A DNA stretch of 64,000 nucleotides from Sporopachydermia quercuum (lineage: Eukaryota), in the NCBI GenBank assembly GCA_001599295.1, contig BCGN01000007.1, forward strand, positions 446,433 to 510,432. Reading direction: 5' to 3'. The position numbers and the translations under genes were made by a program. A model generated the notes under the pieces. It was not told where the DNA came from and ran no database searches. It worked only from the letters and a program-made list of their open reading frames with translations. Positions 24,687 to 35,940 of the stretch are shown here, piece after piece (position 1 is the stretch's first letter; the number at the start of each line of letters is the position of its first letter).

Positions 24687-27600
24687 TCAAATAAACCCTC
24701 TAGTAAGCAAAACATGCACTTTGCTTCCCTGGCCAAAACTGATTGTATATTTAGGTATAGGAACAGGTAATTCCACACCAGAACCAGCATTACCAAACGC
24801 TACAATATCATCTCGGGTTTCTCCCCAAATGTTCTTACTTTTAACGGTAGAAAGCTTAGGCGTTCCTAATAANTACTCCTGTTCCGTATGAGCGAACACT
24901 TCTCCTGACTCTGACTGATTTTCATGCACAACGTTCAATGGCACAGTCAGACTGATAGTAGGACCTGCAGTGAACATGCAGTCTATCTGCAGGTCGTAGA
25001 ACCTTGATATTAAACATGTATGAAAGTCAGGAAGAAACGTCATGCCACTTGGTTGGCTTAGTGGGATTTGGATTTCCTGTTTGAAGCCGATTGGGTCACC
25101 TGACACGGCGTTGTAGATACAGTTCGGAGGCACGTGACAGAGATCCGAGATTTCTGATGATGTCATCAACGACCAGTTGTTGCCAGCAGAGGCTCCGACG
25201 CGGATGTTTCGAGTGACATTTATACTTTCCCGAGCCACGGCTAGATCCCGTTTCAACTCCGATAGTCGAGAAGTCGGGATAAACGGAATGGAAAGTACGT
25301 CGTAAGTAGTGTACGCTTTAATTTTTATGGTTAAATTTGTCAGATTCGGTATTGTGAAGTAGTTGGCAAGTGGACAGTTTGAGTTTATGTCGGGATTGGC
25401 AGAAGCGGTAGGATCAAATCCGCCAGGCTGAGGGAAAAACACCATTTTTATAGGTAGCATTTCGGATATGCCGGATGCTTCAGCTTCAGCTTCGGAATAA
25501 GTCGGAGGTTCGACAGCGGCAGCAAAGCTACTCAGAGGCTCCGAACGATGTTCCGAAGTAGATTCCGCGTTTGTGGGTCCCGGAAACAAGGTTTCTGACT
25601 GAGGTTCCCCTGGAAACTNATCTTCTATAGTAGATTCCGATATTTTATCGGATATCCCTTTATCTATTCCAGAATTAGAACCGGAACTGGAGCCGGAATT
25701 AGAGCCAAAGGAAAACTTCCGGAAAATTTTCGATAACGATGATTTCCGTTTCTTGGCATCCGAGTTTCGCCGGGGACTGTTGTTCCCCGAATTTTGGGGC
25801 TCAGCGTCATTACTCGTTGAGCTATGATCTCCGTCTTTATTAGGACCGGGGAGTTTATGTGAGATAACGTTTGGAGGGGCATTTTTTCTAGGATTCCGAT
25901 AAACAAACGGGTTCGGAACCGGCACGTCCACCCGCATTACTCCGAGGTCTTGTTGGTTTCCAAAATCCAGATAAAAATTTCCGACTTTCTGAATATTCGC
26001 CGTTTTGAGTACTTCTGCTAAGTTTTCCTGTGGTATTGGTTCATCTTCTCCGGTTTCCGGACTCTCTATTTGGTTATCGTTCTGACTGTTAGTTCCGTTA
26101 CTACTGCTTAAAGATACAAATGAATCTTTTCCGCTATCTTTGCCGCTATCCTTTCCGCTATCTTTTCCACTATGACTTCCTTTCTCACTACCAAAAACGG
26201 ATAACAGCGTTTTCTTCTTCTTTTTGATTATCCGATACTTATGAAACGTAATTCTCTGAGTAGTCGGATTCACATAGTTTCCCATACTCCGTTCCGTCTT
26301 AGCGACAAGCTTCCGAATAGCCGATTGAGTTCCCATACTGCCCATACCGGATAATCGGATTGTATTAGCTGGAACCGGATAGGACGGAACGATTCGGATC
26401 TCTCTTCGGGACTCTTGAATCATCCGAAAATTATGCTCCGGTTTTATGTTTATTTGCACATCCGACGGGTGAACATCCTGAGATGTCTGTCCCATATCCT
26501 GTATGTCTAATTCTTCCTCAGTCCGGGCTTCTTCATAAGGCGACGATCCATTCATTGATCGTTCAAAGTATTCGGTGATTAATGTTTGAGTGGACACGTA
26601 ACGGAACGAGGATGCTACTGATGATGATGTTCTTCTTATCGTTTCACGGGCTCTGCCAGCGGCAGAACTAGATGCGTCAGCATAAGTAGAAGTAGCAGTA
26701 TTGGGTAGCGGTTGAGGCTCGTATCCAGGGACACTTTGATCCGAATCGGAGCTAATAGCTGTTCNTTGCTCGGTCAATCTCGGGCCATCTTCTGAGTCCA
26801 GGTAGGGATCGATCTCGGGATCAGCTTCGACGTCGGAGTCTCGGTCGGAATCTGANTCCCCAGGTAGTGTAACTATCATAGGTTCTATTCCGACATTATC
26901 TCCTATTTGGTCGTAATTGTTACGAATATCGTTTCCGTTATTTCTTCTTTCAGTGGTAGTTGGCATTTGATTTCTTGAATCCAAAGTTCGTAATCGTTGC
27001 AAATCCGTCTCGGATATACCTATATTGCTACCCGATAATTCTGTTTGAAGTACTGGCGCGGAACCTCTTCTCCGTTGAGGATCTTTCGGAACGTCTTTAT
27101 TCCGAGCCAATGCGACTTTAATACAATACGATATACATGTCATTCCAGGCGCTCTGTCATTGATGCTAGTCACAAGATACTGGGGAATAAGCTTCTCGGG
27201 TGTAATCTCCTCACGGGTTTCACTGGATTTACCGGTTTCTTCCGAACTCTCGCTTATAATCGGATCAGATTCTGCTAAATGCTTCCGAATGGTTTCTAAC
27301 GTATGCTTCGGAATCGGATCTGCATGTCCTGATTCAATCATGTCTTCCGTTACAGAAGTGCCAATGGCATTGCTAATGTTATAACTAGGTAAACCACCAG
27401 TCCGAGGTATTTCGCCATTGCCAATAAAACTGGCTTCTGTAGGCATAACAGCAATAGAAGAACCAACCGCCTGATTCAGCAGTAAGGATTCAGAGTTTCC
27501 GAATGTCGGCGGTAGTCTTCTATGAGGCAATAAATCGTACTTGCAAGTTGTTTCTAGTATGGTGAACGGAATAACAAACATAAAGTCAAATACATAGACA

Positions 27601-27929
27601 GCCCCTGCTTTAGCTATACGATCTTTTGGCAATTTATGCCTTGGAACTATATCCAATAGCTTTAAGAATGTATGAGTAATTGATATTCTGGATGAAGCAG
27701 TATCACGGAAAGTAGAACTTGAACCTTCTAGAGTTATCAACACGTCGTCAATAATAGTATCTCTATTGGATGTGACGGTCACTTTGCCTTTAACGACATC
27801 TCCAAGGTTGAATTCTGGTTTATCATTATCTATTATAATTGAGATTTGGGCACCATGCCAGTAGAATTTTCCTGGATTGACCAGCGAAGTCAATCGAGGT
27901 CTTCTATGGAATTGAGGAAGACTGTACAT
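24687..27929 (-). CDS. Bul1-like arrestin-fold Rsp5 ubiquitin-ligase adaptor
   Basis: Arrestin-N start (GDVVKGKV...ITLEG), Bul1-type 'FDFMFVIPFTILETTC...H..LPPTFG' and 'APGMTCISYCI', C-terminal 'FLPDFHTCLISRFYDL', and PY motifs (PPTY, LPSY). Confidence 0.75.
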   Translation of the reverse strand: MYSLPQFHRRPRLTSLVNPGKFYWHGAQISIIIDNDKPEFNLGDVVKGKVTVTSNRDTIIDDVLITLEGSSSTFRDTASSRISITHTFLKLLDIVPRHKLPKDRIAKAGAVYVFDFMFVIPFTILETTCKYDLLPHRRLPPTFGNSESLLLNQAVGSSIAVMPTEASFIGNGEIPRTGGLPSYNISNAIGTSVTEDMIESGHADPIPKHTLETIRKHLAESDPIISESSEETGKSSETREEITPEKLIPQYLVTSINDRAPGMTCISYCIKVALARNKDVPKDPQRRRGSAPVLQTELSGSNIGISETDLQRLRTLDSRNQMPTTTERRNNGNDIRNNYDQIGDNVGIEPMIVTLPGXSDSDRDSDVEADPEIDPYLDSEDGPRLTEQXTAISSDSDQSVPGYEPQPLPNTATSTYADASSSAAGRARETIRRTSSSVASSFRYVSTQTLITEYFERSMNGSSPYEEARTEEELDIQDMGQTSQDVHPSDVQINIKPEHNFRMIQESRREIRIVPSYPVPANTIRLSGMGSMGTQSAIRKLVAKTERSMGNYVNPTTQRITFHKYRIIKKKKKTLLSVFGSEKGSHSGKDSGKDSGKDSGKDSFVSLSSSNGTNSQNDNQIESPETGEDEPIPQENLAEVLKTANIQKVGNFYLDFGNQQDLGVMRVDVPVPNPFVYRNPRKNAPPNVISHKLPGPNKDGDHSSTSNDAEPQNSGNNSPRRNSDAKKRKSSLSKIFRKFSFGSNSGSSSGSNSGIDKGISDKISESTIEDXFPGEPQSETLFPGPTNAESTSEHRSEPLSSFAAAVEPPTYSEAEAEASGISEMLPIKMVFFPQPGGFDPTASANPDINSNCPLANYFTIPNLTNLTIKIKAYTTYDVLSIPFIPTSRLSELKRDLAVARESINVTRNIRVGASAGNNWSLMTSSEISDLCHVPPNCIYNAVSGDPIGFKQEIQIPLSQPSGMTFLPDFHTCLISRFYDLQIDCMFTAGPTISLTVPLNVVHENQSESGEVFAHTEQEXLLGTPKLSTVKSKNIWGETRDDIVAFGNAGSGVELPVPIPKYTISFGQGSKVHVLLTRGFI
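26123..26170 (-). repeat. 12-bp tandem repeat encoding (SGKD)x3-4
   Basis: Plus strand reads tctttt ccgcta tctttg ccgcta tccttt ccgcta tctttt cc. Confidence 0.8.
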
Positions 27930-29353
27930 TGCATATTCTTTTATAAGTGAGCGATATGTCTGTTAGATGGTAGGGTATATTCCAGTAGACAGTATGCAAT
28001 AGGCTCCAATAGACTGCAACGGTATGATGATTATGTGATTATTGAGTCCAATTCAGTGGTATAGAGAGTATTGTTTGGAGATCGCTATTAATATTGCAGT
28101 CAAAAAAAGGAAACTATGCAGTTGATAGTATATTCGCAATATGATCAGATACTGAAGAGTAACACCAAACACTGAAATTGAAACCAATTTAGTAGTGTCA
28201 ACTGGAATCAAATAAATCAATAATGTTATCTTTATAATCTACTAATCATCCAACGTGATCTAATTAGACCTAATCAATAACCTGACTTGCCAGCAAAACA
28301 AACGAAACAATCACTTCAATATTCGCAACTAGCTGAATCTCTTCTACTATCGTCAGCCAGCTAATTCAACAGCACACCAACAATCACAGCTGCTCTTCCT
28401 ATCCCTATCCTTTTTTCTTCTCCTTTTCTCGTTTTTCCAGTTTTCTTCGTCTTTTCTCCAATCTGGATCAACAATACTAAAACCACACGTGTGATCTATA
28501 GTGTAATNNTATTGTGAGATCTCCTATCTGTAAAAGTATCATCAACAGCAGTAAAATTGTGATTGCTGTTCAATCGTAAGGCAATAAATACGGTGAAAAC
28601 CAACCAAAATAAATAGATCCTTCCGTTTTATGCACCAATCTATTTCTTATCTACACTCCTGATTTTTACCACTCTATCTCTCCACTGCTGCTACATATAC
28701 ATCAAATTAACAGAAAAAACCTTACGCAAGCTGCCAGAGAAGCCACCAAACAACAACTGGGCTTGAACAATAACTATCACTACTATCTTTCAGCTTGAAG
28801 CCTATGCTTCTATAGTAATAACGCTACAAATACTTGATAACAGTTGTGATAGATAGAAAGAGCAACCAAAAAGGATTTCCTGGTTATGTGAATTGCTGAT
28901 GAGCGGCTGAGAAGTTTAAGATTCTGGGTTTGGTAACTTAGTGTTTTGTGGATGTTGTTGGGGGATCATTTTATCATGTGAATTGGGAATATAGGAAAAG
29001 ATGAAACCTATTGTTTCCAGAAATGTTTTGTGGTAGATCATGTGATCTAGTAGAGAGAAGAGTATAGAGTAATAGAAGGATTGGAGGCAGATTTTTCAGT
29101 ATCAGATCACGTGAGAGCTCACATAATCTAGAAGGGAGGGAGAGCGCAGGGTGAAGGAGATTGGATATTTACGGTAATGCTCCTACATGAGTATAATAAT
29201 TACCATCCAAAAAAACCGTTTGATATTTAATTATTTTCTAAACAACACCAACCATATATTTGCTAAAATTTGCCTAAATCCCAAAAGCTTTATCCCAAAA
29301 GCTTTATCAAAAACTTTTCCACACTTATCAAAACATAGTTCATTGTCACCAAC

Positions 29354-30481
29354 TTACTCCACAAAGTTCAGACTAATTGAATCCCAATCAACATCAGCAG
29401 AATCAATTTGCTTCTTGGTCTTAGAATCATATGCCTTATAGTACTTTCTCTTGTTTTCCTCAAACAGCTCATTCAATGCGTTTGAATACAATCCATGATA
29501 ATGATTCACCTCTTTAGTCGTAGGGCTAGGAAGGTAAGGAACGTGAATTGGCTTTCCAATTACCAAATCAACAGGCCTTCTGTATGGCATCATGCCAAAG
29601 TCATAATTAAATACTCCACGAGCATGGAAAATAGGTAATGTGAAGCCAAACTTATCCTTGATGAAAATTTGGGCTTTGCGTAAAAGAGAGGTTGAATCAG
29701 TCTCCACGGTTTCATAAAGCTCATTTTCACCAAACGCATACATAGGCACTAAACAAACATTTCCAACTTCACAAGCAATCTTGATAAAACCTTTGCGACG
29801 TTTTAATACGATATCGGTCTTGTTTGGCGCTGCCAACAAACTTTCCTGAGCACCTCCTACAACAATACAGCATGATTGGCCTAATCTCAGCAGCTTGAGT
29901 ATATTCCGCCTTGCTACCGAGGAAATACCCAGCGCAAGTAAATAATCTCGATAAATTGGTATCCGGAACTGGTTGACAAGTGTCAATACGCTTATTTTGA
30001 TACCAGGAAACAATTGGTCCCAACATGCCCCATTGGTAGCTACACCTGACATAACTCCCATACCAACAACTCCATGAGGGTGATAGCCAAATATATACGT
30101 AGGTCCTTCTTTTTTTCCCTCTTTCTCATTATTTGAACCTTTCACAAAAGTTGGTTCAAGGTCAACAGTTTTATGGATTTTTTGTGGAAAATAATTCACA
30201 AAATGTTTCCATATTGATAGATCTCTTACCCATTCGCTTTGGCGATAGAATGCACCTCCATTAACTGGCGATCTATCTAAGAGGTAGTAGATCGTATAAA
30301 TTATAAGCACAGGCCATAATGGAATAAATGACCAGAGTAAAATAGATATAGAGCTAAATATAGGTATAGAGATTGAATGGTATAAAACCATCAAAGTCTC
30401 TAGTCTTCTATTGAACGGAATATTCACTGGGGCGTGATTCCGTGCAGATTTCTCCGCGTGGTCACCGTTTTTCACACTCAT
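29354..30481 (-). CDS. DGA1: Diacylglycerol O-acyltransferase (DGAT2 family)
   Basis: YFP, HPHG, GGAQES, RKGFIK and FGENELY motifs; N-terminal TM hairpin. Confidence 0.95.
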   Translation of the reverse strand: MSVKNGDHAEKSARNHAPVNIPFNRRLETLMVLYHSISIPIFSSISILLWSFIPLWPVLIIYTIYYLLDRSPVNGGAFYRQSEWVRDLSIWKHFVNYFPQKIHKTVDLEPTFVKGSNNEKEGKKEGPTYIFGYHPHGVVGMGVMSGVATNGACWDQLFPGIKISVLTLVNQFRIPIYRDYLLALGISSVARRNILKLLRLGQSCCIVVGGAQESLLAAPNKTDIVLKRRKGFIKIACEVGNVCLVPMYAFGENELYETVETDSTSLLRKAQIFIKDKFGFTLPIFHARGVFNYDFGMMPYRRPVDLVIGKPIHVPYLPSPTTKEVNHYHGLYSNALNELFEENKRKYYKAYDSKTKKQIDSADVDWDSISLNFVE

Positions 30482-32014
30482 AATTGGAGATTACTTATAC
30501 AAATGGTTCGCAAGCAAAAAGTCCAAAGTCGAAGTCCGACGAGCAAATTTTGTTGTTGACTGCAAACTGAATGATTGATTAATTGATTGATTGATTGATC
30601 CTATTGTTCTTGTTATCAATCCCATAAGTACTTGGCAACTGTNTCGTTCTTATCCCTAGATACACTGAGAAACAACTCCAGACAACACTTTCTGAAGAAT
30701 CAACACAGTAAGTCAAATCCCTGTATTAATACAACGATCAGCTCTTTTTCACGTATATATCTATACCTGTCCACGCAATCAACAACCCCAACAATTGGTC
30801 AAATCAGTACAACCTTTTCTCATTTCCAACTGAACCGAACAACCGGCGTCGAAGTCCCATAAGAAATGCTTCTATTCTTTATGATCCTAGACACCGCCTA
30901 ATCGGACAATAAGTTAATTACTATAAGATTATTTAGTATACTAAGATAAGCTAATGTCCGGTAAGCTTAATGCTAGCTGTGAAAGAAGTCTCATTTAAGA
31001 AACTACAGGTTAATACTGGAATAAATAAGTATTTTACTACTGTTTTTCAATATATTCTATCTATTGATTTATAATACAAGACTTGAAAGATTATTATGCC
31101 TTTTTTAGGGAAGTAAAACATATAATATAACATTGTAGCAGTTCCCTTGTCGCTAGGAGCATGTATCGTATATATCCCAATTAGGTCCACATGCACCTAA
31201 AATGATCACTAATTAACGATTCTCATTGTTCAACTTGTAGACTGCGTTGTTAAAAGAAATAATGATTTTGGCTTCTTTAGTAGGAAATAGAAAGGGATGA
31301 TTTTGGAAAGGAAAGTGGTGGGTTCTTTAAACCTTTTATTAAAAGAGCAAACTTCAAAATAACAATGAAACCAAACTGTTTGTTTCAACATAGACCCTCA
31401 AAGACCAAAGCGGGCAGTTTTACTACCTTTCCGCTTTAACTATCAAAATTTCAGACAAATATACAAATGCAGCCTTAAATAGTATATAAGAATAAAAGAC
31501 ATTTTAACTCAACGTTTTTGCACTTTTCAAGAAATATCATATTCTATTTTCCACCCAACTAACAGAACTCTCTTCGCAGTCATCATATCTTCTCCGTTCT
31601 GTTCTCGCCCACCCACAACTCAAGTCTTCGTATTGTATCCTATTTAGGAAACATTTCATTCTTATCACTTATCTCCCGATACACCCCTACCTTTTTACTA
31701 ATTTCTTTATGTGGTTTGTGATTTTTTCAGTTAATCAACCACAAACTAGAAAAAGCTCTTAGTAATCAAAAACAAATCACTTTTCTGTTCGCCGTTCTTT
31801 CTTTATTTGTATCTTTCGTTTGCTATCCATTAGTAGAAACTACTTTATGAAGGAACTATTATTGTAACTGATAACAACTTTTTGAGTAATATTTAGTTGC
31901 TTCAAATATTTATCAAACAGTTCCAACGAGGACATTTTGGTACATCTCTCAGTAGATTGAGTACATTTCTAAGCATAACTCTCAGTATATCTCAAGCGTT
32001 TCACTGTTGACATA

Positions 32015-32983
32015 ATGCTGGCAGTTTCCAGTTCGAATTCACATCTACCGGCAGCTGAACCAGAGCACTGTCCAGGACCAGAATCAGAATCAGCAGGCAA
32101 AGATGACGCCTGTCAGGGATGCCCAAACCAAGCTATATGTGCATCTCAAACGCCAAAAGGACCCGATCCTGATATTCCTGCTATTACAGAAAAGCTAGCA
32201 CCCATAAGGCATAAAATCTTAGTGCTGAGTGGTAAAGGAGGTGTAGGCAAATCAACATTCACATCTATGCTAGGATGGGCGTTTTCCTCGGACGAAAACT
32301 CAGAAGTTGGAATCATGGATTTAGATATATGTGGACCTTCAATGAGTAAAATCATGGGCACTGAAGGAGAGCAAATTCACTCATCAAACTCTGGATGGAC
32401 ACCTGTGTATGTAGCTGACAATTTAGCCATGATGAGTATCAGTTATATGCTTCCAAACGAAGAAGATGCTATTATTTGGAGAGGGGCTAAGAAGAATGGT
32501 CTGATCAAGCAGTTTCTGCGTGATGTAGAATGGGGTCCTTTAGATTATTTGATCGTAGATACACCACCGGGAACATCAGATGAACATTTGAGTGTGCACC
32601 AGTATTTGAAAGGCTCTGGTATTTCAGGAGCAGTTATCATCACGACACCGCAGGAAGTTGCATTGTTAGACGTTAGAAAGGAGATCAATTTTTGTTTCAA
32701 GGCAGGAATTCCAGTGATAGGCCTAGTGGAGAATATGAGTGGATTTATTTGTCCTAGCTGTAAAGGGCAAAATGATATCTTTATCCCAACAACCGGTGGA
32801 GGTGAGGGATTAGCTAAAGAAATGAAGATTCCATTCCTGGGTAAAGTTCCTTTAGATCCAAGAATTGGAAAATGTTGTGATGAGGGTGAATCATTCTTAG
32901 ATGAATATCCTGATTCTCCTTCTTGTAGCGCTATTTTAGATATCATTACTAGTATTAAGAAGGAGTTAGGTGAAGAGAGGTAA
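32015..32983 (+). CDS. NBP35: Cytosolic Fe-S assembly P-loop NTPase
   Basis: N-terminal C-x13-CQGC-x5-C motif, [19 protein letters not shown] and [11 protein letters not shown]. Confidence 0.96.
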   Translation: MLAVSSSNSHLPAAEPEHCPGPESESAGKDDACQGCPNQAICASQTPKGPDPDIPAITEKLAPIRHKILVLSGKGGVGKSTFTSMLGWAFSSDENSEVGIMDLDICGPSMSKIMGTEGEQIHSSNSGWTPVYVADNLAMMSISYMLPNEEDAIIWRGAKKNGLIKQFLRDVEWGPLDYLIVDTPPGTSDEHLSVHQYLKGSGISGAVIITTPQEVALLDVRKEINFCFKAGIPVIGLVENMSGFICPSCKGQNDIFIPTTGGGEGLAKEMKIPFLGKVPLDPRIGKCCDEGESFLDEYPDSPSCSAILDIITSIKKELGEER

Positions 32984-33744
32984 TTCAAATGTGTGTATAT
33001 AATGGATTGTATTTTATTTGACACTTTCTCATAACAGGAAGACTATACAACCATGGCATCTGATGATAGGCATTATCCAACCTCCATTTTGACTGCCAGA
33101 ACAGTATAAACAGTAGTATGTCTCACTAATTTTATCATCAGAACTCTCTCCCGATGACTTTTGGTTGGAGGATAAACAATGCATGGGATTCAATGNCAAA
33201 AAAATTGGGTAGTTCTATAAAGGTATACACAAGATATAGTATTATCCACCACCAAAGTTCAACGTTGAGTTGTCCACAGCACAGTCCATAACAAAATGAT
33301 AGTAAGTGGTCTAGTTGATGGTGGTCTAGTTGATGAACTATGCCATTGGAAGAAACAGTACTCAGGCATGATTTACTTAATAATGCATTTTCAATCCTTA
33401 TCTATTGTTTTCCATTTGACAGCTACATGGGAAATCGAAACAGTTCTTTCAATTGGTGCCGCTTAACTGATTTACAATAAAATGTCACTTAACTCACTTG
33501 ATATAGTCATATGCTTCGATTCATGCAGCGATGAACTTTCAAAATTGTAGATACAATAATGTTCGTTTACAGCTACAAAGTATTNTATAATGGAAAGGAA
33601 TATAATTATACCAATTTTCATAGTGACTAGTATCACATCAATGTTCCACCCCATATTTTTCAACATTGAAGTCGATGTAATGAATGCATCATAACCCATT
33701 TCACCACTGTGAATCCCCAAAAACTATAATTAACATCAGCATCA

Positions 33745-35940
33745 TCATACAATTGCCAGACTTTCATACAAGTACTCTGTACCAACAGCCGAAAGCTTCT
33801 TTCTAAGCTCATTAGAACTCAACTCAAGCTTCAAAGCATCTCTAAAGTTAACTTTGGCTTCATAATTCACTAGATCATCTCTGTACAACCTTTCGAGCCT
33901 CAACTTATCAATTATATAATCCACAACGTAANCTTTCATTATAGTCAATCCTGCATTTTCATATCTTCCTTTAAGCTTACAAGCTTTACTGAATCGTTCT
34001 AATTTTTTCAAAGAAACAACAGCAGAATATATCAGGGAATCAAACTGCAAAACCAACTCCTGGATGGTATTTTCGTTGATTTTATATTGTGGCGATCGGA
34101 ATTTCCTTAGCTTAGCATAATTGGCAAAAACATCTCCACCAACAGACCATAGACCATTGCTCACATGAACAGCGTAAGGTTGTCTGAATCTGTTAATGGT
34201 AGCTTCCATTTTGTCTAGTGACTCGTTGTTATCATTTATCACCAATTGAGGACCCGTATGGTGAATCAGAATATTATTAGCATAATTGTAGTTACCTGCT
34301 TGCAGATAGTATTCCAAACTGTTATCGTATTCTTCTTTATAGGTATACAGCACGCCAATAGCATTAGTTACCACTGGCTCGGGGATTTTCAGTACTTGGG
34401 TTAAACTGGTGATTGCAAAACCTATATTGGTTTCAGCAGAGTCAAAGCTGATAGCAACAAACCTGTTGATGATCTCAGTGATTATTTTCTCAGTAGCAGC
34501 ATCAGAAGACAAGTGAGACGCTACGAAAATAGCTTCAGCCCACATTCTGTTATTGAGCAGAGAGTAACATAGATTACCGCTTAACCAGCGATTTATGTCA
34601 TCTAGGCTTCCTACTGTCGCTTTGTCAATGTGAGATGCTGACTCTTCTGTTACTACAACAGGTTTCAGCAGGTGATAGGTAATCCATTGGCTGAAAATCC
34701 CCATCAGGGTGTTGGGATTAGAAACGGCGAGCCAATCGTTCGTGAAAGCATGAAGGTCATATTTCTGGTTGACTCTAGAACAGAACAGCGAGAGAAGAAG
34801 CACGCAGGTTCTATCGATTTCTTTCTGGACAGCTTTTTGACCACTGATTAGCTCTACGCTATCAACCCCAGTTTTCCGGACTTCAGCAAGGAAGTTTTTC
34901 ATAAAGACATTGAATCCAGACTTTCTACCTATTTCCGTGAAACGAAGTTGTAATCCTAACACAAATTTCCAATTCAATTCATCCCAGTTCATCTCTTTGT
35001 CTGTATAATCAACTTTACCGGAGAACAACGAGAATATCCTCCTAAGATTCAATGGAAAGATATTTCCAGCTGTGCTTTTGATCTGGTTCACCCAGGCTTC
35101 TAATCTTTGATACGTACTAGCTGTTAAACCATCCGAAAGACTCTTTTCAATATGTAAAGATCCTCCAAATGTAAGACTGTGTAAGTACTGAATAAGCACA
35201 GCCAAATCAGGTGTACCTAGATCTAAAGCTTTGTCAGTAGCTTGAGACAATTGGAAACCACAAATATAATAGAAGATTTTATCCACATTACTCAGATCAT
35301 CTTTTTGAAGTAGTTCTAGTGTCTCTGATTGCGTGGAAACCTCCAACCAGTTGATGATAGCTTTCTTCGTTCTCAGGTCAGACTCTTCCTGTGTTAAATC
35401 AGTCGTTAGACCGTCTTCTAATTCACTAAGCAGTTTTAACAGGTCCCAGAAATATGTTATAATACTAGATTTGTTTTCCAGACTGATTTTTGCATTGCCC
35501 GAGACTAACTTGCTAAGCAATTGACTAGATCCTTTCTTAGACAGTCCAGCAATCTTCGGNAATTCATTTGAGCTTCTGGTGAGAAATTTTGCCAACTGGA
35601 GTTTCGTTCCCAAACATGCAAGTACCAATTCTTTCTCCTTATCAAGAGCTTTATTGATGTCTTTCAAGGTCACTCGAGGTACTATTGCATCAGTATATAT
35701 CAATTTGCCGTCACCAGACCATCGTAAACCTGAACAGGATTGGATCTTCTCTCTCTTCAACTTCTTGGCTATTCGCTGACTCTCTAAACCACTCTCCAAG
35801 TTAAAGCTATCTTGTTTCAGAAGAGCACCTGGAATAGTTAAACCGTCTAAATCATCATCACCAATGCCATAAAATACTGAGGCTGCTTTGGAAGCAGGTT
35901 TGCTACCAGCGGATAGGTTTTTAATCCAAATACTTGCCAT
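33745..35940 (-). CDS. NUP145: Nucleoporin Nup96/Nup145C (Y-complex ACE1 protein), stand-alone
   Basis: Colinear Nup96 motifs: 'GLRWSGDGKLIY' (Sec13 blade), 'FWDLLKLL', 'IFYYICG..LSQATDKAL..G.PDLAVLI', 'LRRIFSLFSG', 'LNWKFVLGLQLRF', 'WAEAIFVASHL', 'LKIP' and 'WSVGGDVFANY'. 731 aa, about the size of the C-terminal fragment only. Confidence 0.85.
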   Translation of the reverse strand: MASIWIKNLSAGSKPASKAASVFYGIGDDDLDGLTIPGALLKQDSFNLESGLESQRIAKKLKREKIQSCSGLRWSGDGKLIYTDAIVPRVTLKDINKALDKEKELVLACLGTKLQLAKFLTRSSNEXPKIAGLSKKGSSQLLSKLVSGNAKISLENKSSIITYFWDLLKLLSELEDGLTTDLTQEESDLRTKKAIINWLEVSTQSETLELLQKDDLSNVDKIFYYICGFQLSQATDKALDLGTPDLAVLIQYLHSLTFGGSLHIEKSLSDGLTASTYQRLEAWVNQIKSTAGNIFPLNLRRIFSLFSGKVDYTDKEMNWDELNWKFVLGLQLRFTEIGRKSGFNVFMKNFLAEVRKTGVDSVELISGQKAVQKEIDRTCVLLLSLFCSRVNQKYDLHAFTNDWLAVSNPNTLMGIFSQWITYHLLKPVVVTEESASHIDKATVGSLDDINRWLSGNLCYSLLNNRMWAEAIFVASHLSSDAATEKIITEIINRFVAISFDSAETNIGFAITSLTQVLKIPEPVVTNAIGVLYTYKEEYDNSLEYYLQAGNYNYANNILIHHTGPQLVINDNNESLDKMEATINRFRQPYAVHVSNGLWSVGGDVFANYAKLRKFRSPQYKINENTIQELVLQFDSLIYSAVVSLKKLERFSKACKLKGRYENAGLTIMKXYVVDYIIDKLRLERLYRDDLVNYEAKVNFRDALKLELSSNELRKKLSAVGTEYLYESLAIV

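Noticed and set aside
33307..33336. 15-bp tandem duplication GTGGTCTAGTTGATG x2 (similar short duplications near 29283-29310 and 50728-50753)
   Set aside because: Two-copy slippage repeats with no spacers, terminal repeats or target-site duplications; not CRISPR, telomeric or a transposon.
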